A stretch of DNA of 64,000 nt from contig CATNEN010000008.1 of assembly GCA_950097015.1 (NCBI GenBank), forward strand, positions 4,402,001 through 4,466,000. Direction: 5' to 3'. Made by a program: the position numbers and the translations under genes. The stretch's first letter is position 1. Every line of letters starts with the position of its first letter. This document shows positions 60,680-64,000 of this stretch, piece after piece. The DNA is from Macrostomum hystrix (Eukaryota > Animalia > Platyhelminthes). The notes beneath the pieces were generated by a model that was not told the origin of the DNA, made no database searches, and saw nothing but the letters and a program-made list of their open reading frames with translations.

Positions 60680-63600
60680 TTAGCCAAAGCCGCAAGAGCA
60701 GCCCTTGTGGCAGCGCAGTTCGGGTTCCAGCATCTTGTCCTTCTTCTGGAAAGTGAACCAACACCTGGCGTTGACAAAGGTCAGCAGGTCGTGAAAGGTC
60801 TTTACTTTGAACTTCTCCTGCGCCTCGGGACTCATGCGAGCTCGCAGACCGGCTGGCAGGCCGATGATCAGCGGGCCAAGCTGGGCGGCGAAACGGCGCA
60901 GGGCGTTGCGCTCGACCTCCGGCTGGATGACGCCCTTGGCCTCCTTGTGGCTGATGCCGGACTTCAGGCGCAGGCGCCACACCCGCTTGTAGATGTAGTA
61001 GTTGATGCTGTAGTTGACGTTTCGCATCACAAAGCGAAGCGTGTTGCTACGAGTGGGCTGCATGCCCATCAGCTCCTTGCGCACCTGTGTTTTCGGGAAG
61101 GCAAGTTGCGCTACGAACATGTACGCGTTGGTTTGACCTTGAGAATGACTTTGGAAAGAGACCGCTAGTATGATTCTTGGACATGTGTACATTGATTTGA
61201 CCTTGAAAATTACTTTGGAAAGAGACCGCTAGTATGGTTCTTGGACGTGTGTTATTTGATTTGACCTTGAGAATGACTGTGGAAAAAGGCCGCTATAGTA
61301 TGATTATGAGACTTGTGTACATTGATATGACATTTAGAATGGTATTTGAAAAGAGACTGTACATTGATTTTTACCTTGAGAATGACAAGCGAATGGTGTT
61401 TGGAATGGAAAATATACCGCTATTATGATTCTCGGACGTGTGTACTTTAATTTGACCTTGAGAAGAGAAGAGACCGCTATAGTATGATTATTAGACCGTG
61501 TGTGTATTGATTTGAGCTTGAGAATGAAAACGGAAAGATTTGAGTGTGCTAATAAAGCTTAGACAGATTTACTTTGGTTTGACCTTGAAGAAAGCTTAGC
61601 AAAGAATGATGTTTCATGTTTGCTTGTGTGGGAGAGAGCACATTGCTTGATACTTAAGGAGAATCGCGATGTTTGGATTGGGATTTTTCTCGTCTAAACT
61701 ATATGCTCTATCTGATGCCTTTGGCAATGCTATTGCTCACTCTGCTTTTGAGAGCAAGCTGATTGCAGATGTCTGATCTTGAGTTCACTTAGATAGTCCT
61801 TCTGATGCCTAACCCCTGGGGTCTCATCTATTCCAATTATTATTTATTATGTTTTTGTGTCTGCGTTTGTCCTAGATGCTTGGTGCAAAGCTTTACGCCC
61901 GTAGCTGCGTGGACGCTGAGACGGCTGATTGGATGAAGCCCCAAATTTAGCTTGGTAGCTTAGTCTATGGTAATATTGAGCCGAGTTACGATGCTTTATG
62001 TACTTTTAGCGAGTGTCCGGGACTCCTCAAAAGTCTATTCTAAATTGCTTTAGTCTATGGTGATTCTTTCCTTTAATTTACTGTGACAGAAAGGATAATA
62101 CATATAATGTATATAATAAAATCATAACAACTGTAGGAGGGCTTCGGGCAATGGCACATCATTTGGTGACACTCAATTTGGTGACAATCCGGTGTGTACA
62201 TCCGCCCTGATTTTCTCAGGTTAACCGTTAACGCGTTAACCGCTTTGCCACTGACCCCCAGTAGACAGCAAGCAAGTGCGCTGGAGTGGTTGCTCTATCC
62301 GACTATATTCTTCAATTATTGAAGCCATCTCTTAACTAGAGTCCCTATTGTGTAAAACTGGCACATTTCTCAAGATAATTAACAGTCTCTAATTACAATG
62401 GTCCGACTTTATCGCTAGAGCGACGAAATTGCCGACTTACTCACAGGTGCGGCATTGATTAAAGTGCGTCTGAACTAAAATGAATTAGCTGCAGATTTTC
62501 CCACTCGTGAAAGAATTCCTCTTAAATCCCCTTTCTTTGGGCCTGATTATCAACAGTGAGTAGGCAGGCAGGCAGGCAGGCAGTTCATCGCGAAATGAAC
62601 CCCATGGAACATTGCTTTGAGTGTTACAGGGAATTCCAGGTAACTCATCAGGGAATAAGGCTATAAAGTAAGAAATGAGACACTTGTATTTGTGCTGCTA
62701 TCCGCAATTGGACTGTGGGATTTGATGAGGGCTTATCGCGATCCCACTGCCACTCTCTCCCCCTCACTGCCTCGCCTCGTTCGCCCAACTCCCTATCTCT
62801 GTCTCTGCTTTCAAGCAGCTGATTGTCTTCCTTTCTACCTTTGTTTGAGTCCAGAGTCTGAGGCCCCATTTCAACCGTTTTTATAATGGGACATCTCGCC
62901 ATTCTTCTCATCATTGCCCCTCTCTGCTCTCTCACAAGTACTCAAGCTAGCTTCTGCTTATCAACCATACCAGTGCGTGCTCAGCGCGGCCTTAGCAACC
63001 GGCTGTGTACACTAGTTACCAAGCCGTCTGCCAGAGTACGAGGTCCGATTGAGAATGGAGAAGTTGCTTACTAGCTTTGTGGCATTGCATTTGTTTTTTT
63101 GCAATACCTGCTTTGCACCATCTCAGACTAGCCTGTTATTAACTGTAGTCGCTGAGCTTATATTAGTGCAAATAAAGTCTTATTCAAAAAACTAACAACT
63201 GCTACTATGAGCTACTTCTAACTCTTCAGCTAAACCAAAGATATAATTTACTAATTTAGTTTTTGTTTGCCTTGTTTTCTTCGCCTCTTGTTTTCGTTGT
63301 ATCTTTCGATTCGATTTGATTCGAAATTGTTATAATGAGATCTCATCCGCTTGATAGAGTTGCACTTTTGTAGTGCTCAACTCCGCAAGTCTGTGCTAAC
63401 CATCCATAGATTTGCGAGAAGCTATGAGGCTTTAAGCGTTATAACTTGCCAAAAATAAGTAATTTTTAATTGGATAAATCTCAAGTTGATGGATTTCAAA
63501 TTGATGGATTTCAAATTGATGGATTTCAAATTGATGGATTTCAAATTGATGGATTTCAAATTAATGGATCTCGAGTTGATGGATTTCAAATGGATGAATT

Positions 63601-64000
63601 TCAAGTTGATGGATTTCAAATTAATGGATTTCAAGTTAATGGATTTCAAGTTAATGGATTTCAAGTTGATGGATTTCAAATTGATGGATTTCAAATTGAT
63701 GGATTTTAAATTGATGGATTTCAATAGAATGAATTTCAAGTTGATGGATTTCAAATTAATGGATTTCAAACTGATGGATTGAAAGTTGATGGATTTCAAA
63801 TTAATGGATTTCAAACTGATGGATTTAAAGTTGATGGATTTCAAATTGATGGACCTCGAGTTGATGGATTTTAAATTGAGGGATTTCAAATTGATGGATT
63901 TCAAGTTGATAGATTTCAAATTGATGGATTTCAAGTTGATGGATTCTCAAAACAGAGTTCACCTGAGCTCTGAGTTTGTTCTTGGCCTGGACCTCCTCTG
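60680..64000 (-). CDS. 3' part of an uncharacterised gene: exon running off the window edge to 63963, then terminal exon 61084-60680
   Basis: Minus-strand EEVQAKNKLRAQ|GTGAAC (donor at 63962) and ACACAG|GTGCGC (exon starts 61084) are both phase 0. They give ...KLRAQVRKELMGMQPTRSNTLRF...HKGCSCGFG*, with strongly GC3-biased codons. Confidence 0.65.
61133..61590. repeat. Degenerate 64-bp tandem repeat just inside the last intron of the minus-strand gene
   Basis: TTGACCTTGA at 61133 and 61197 and onward, with a recurring GAGACCGCTA(TA)GTATGATT. Confidence 0.85.
62113..62259 (-). mobile_element. SINE family A, internally deleted copy
   Basis: Retains the head (GGGGGTCAGTGGCAAAGCGGTTAACGCG) and pieces of the 3' body (GTGTACATCCGCCCTGA, ATGGCACATCATTT). 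Confidence 0.7.
63470..63945. repeat. 15-bp minisatellite (TTGATGGATTTCAAA)
   Basis: Direct 15-nt periodicity. Confidence 0.97.

Noticed and set aside
62690-63070. Decayed LINE C-terminal zinc-knuckle region
   Set aside because: The resemblance is only vague (LCLSPESEAPF), with stops and no intact CCHC motif.

Overview
This is eukaryotic, animal-type genomic DNA. GC-rich exons with GT-AG introns sit in AT-rich spacers crowded with minisatellites, SINEs, solo LTRs and MITEs. The style resembles a free-living flatworm such as Macrostomum, but that is inference only. Eight protein-coding genes can be assembled by hand: (1) an NFIL3/vrille bZIP; (2) a second, C/EBP-like bZIP about 640 bp downstream; (3) a 6-exon sacsin-like gene of about 2982 aa, with two GHKL/SRR units, a J-domain lacking HPD and a HEPN domain with prokaryote-like motifs; (4) an intronless SLC22 transporter; (5, 6) two apparent paralogs of an unrecognised helical family on either side of an 8.7 kb 24-bp satellite with higher-order structure; (7) a TASOR/FAM208-like gene (DUF3715 pseudo-PARP plus SPOC-like domain) whose C-terminal half is replaced by Pro/Thr repeats and an Arg/Ser-rich tail; and (8) the 3' end of an unknown minus-strand gene. 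The strongest leads are the invertebrate HUSH/TASOR-like protein with a non-canonical architecture, the sacsin variant, a possible double-bZIP fusion through minisatellite-encoded splice acceptors, and the unknown paralog pair. All homology calls were made by eye from remembered family motifs; no searches were run.
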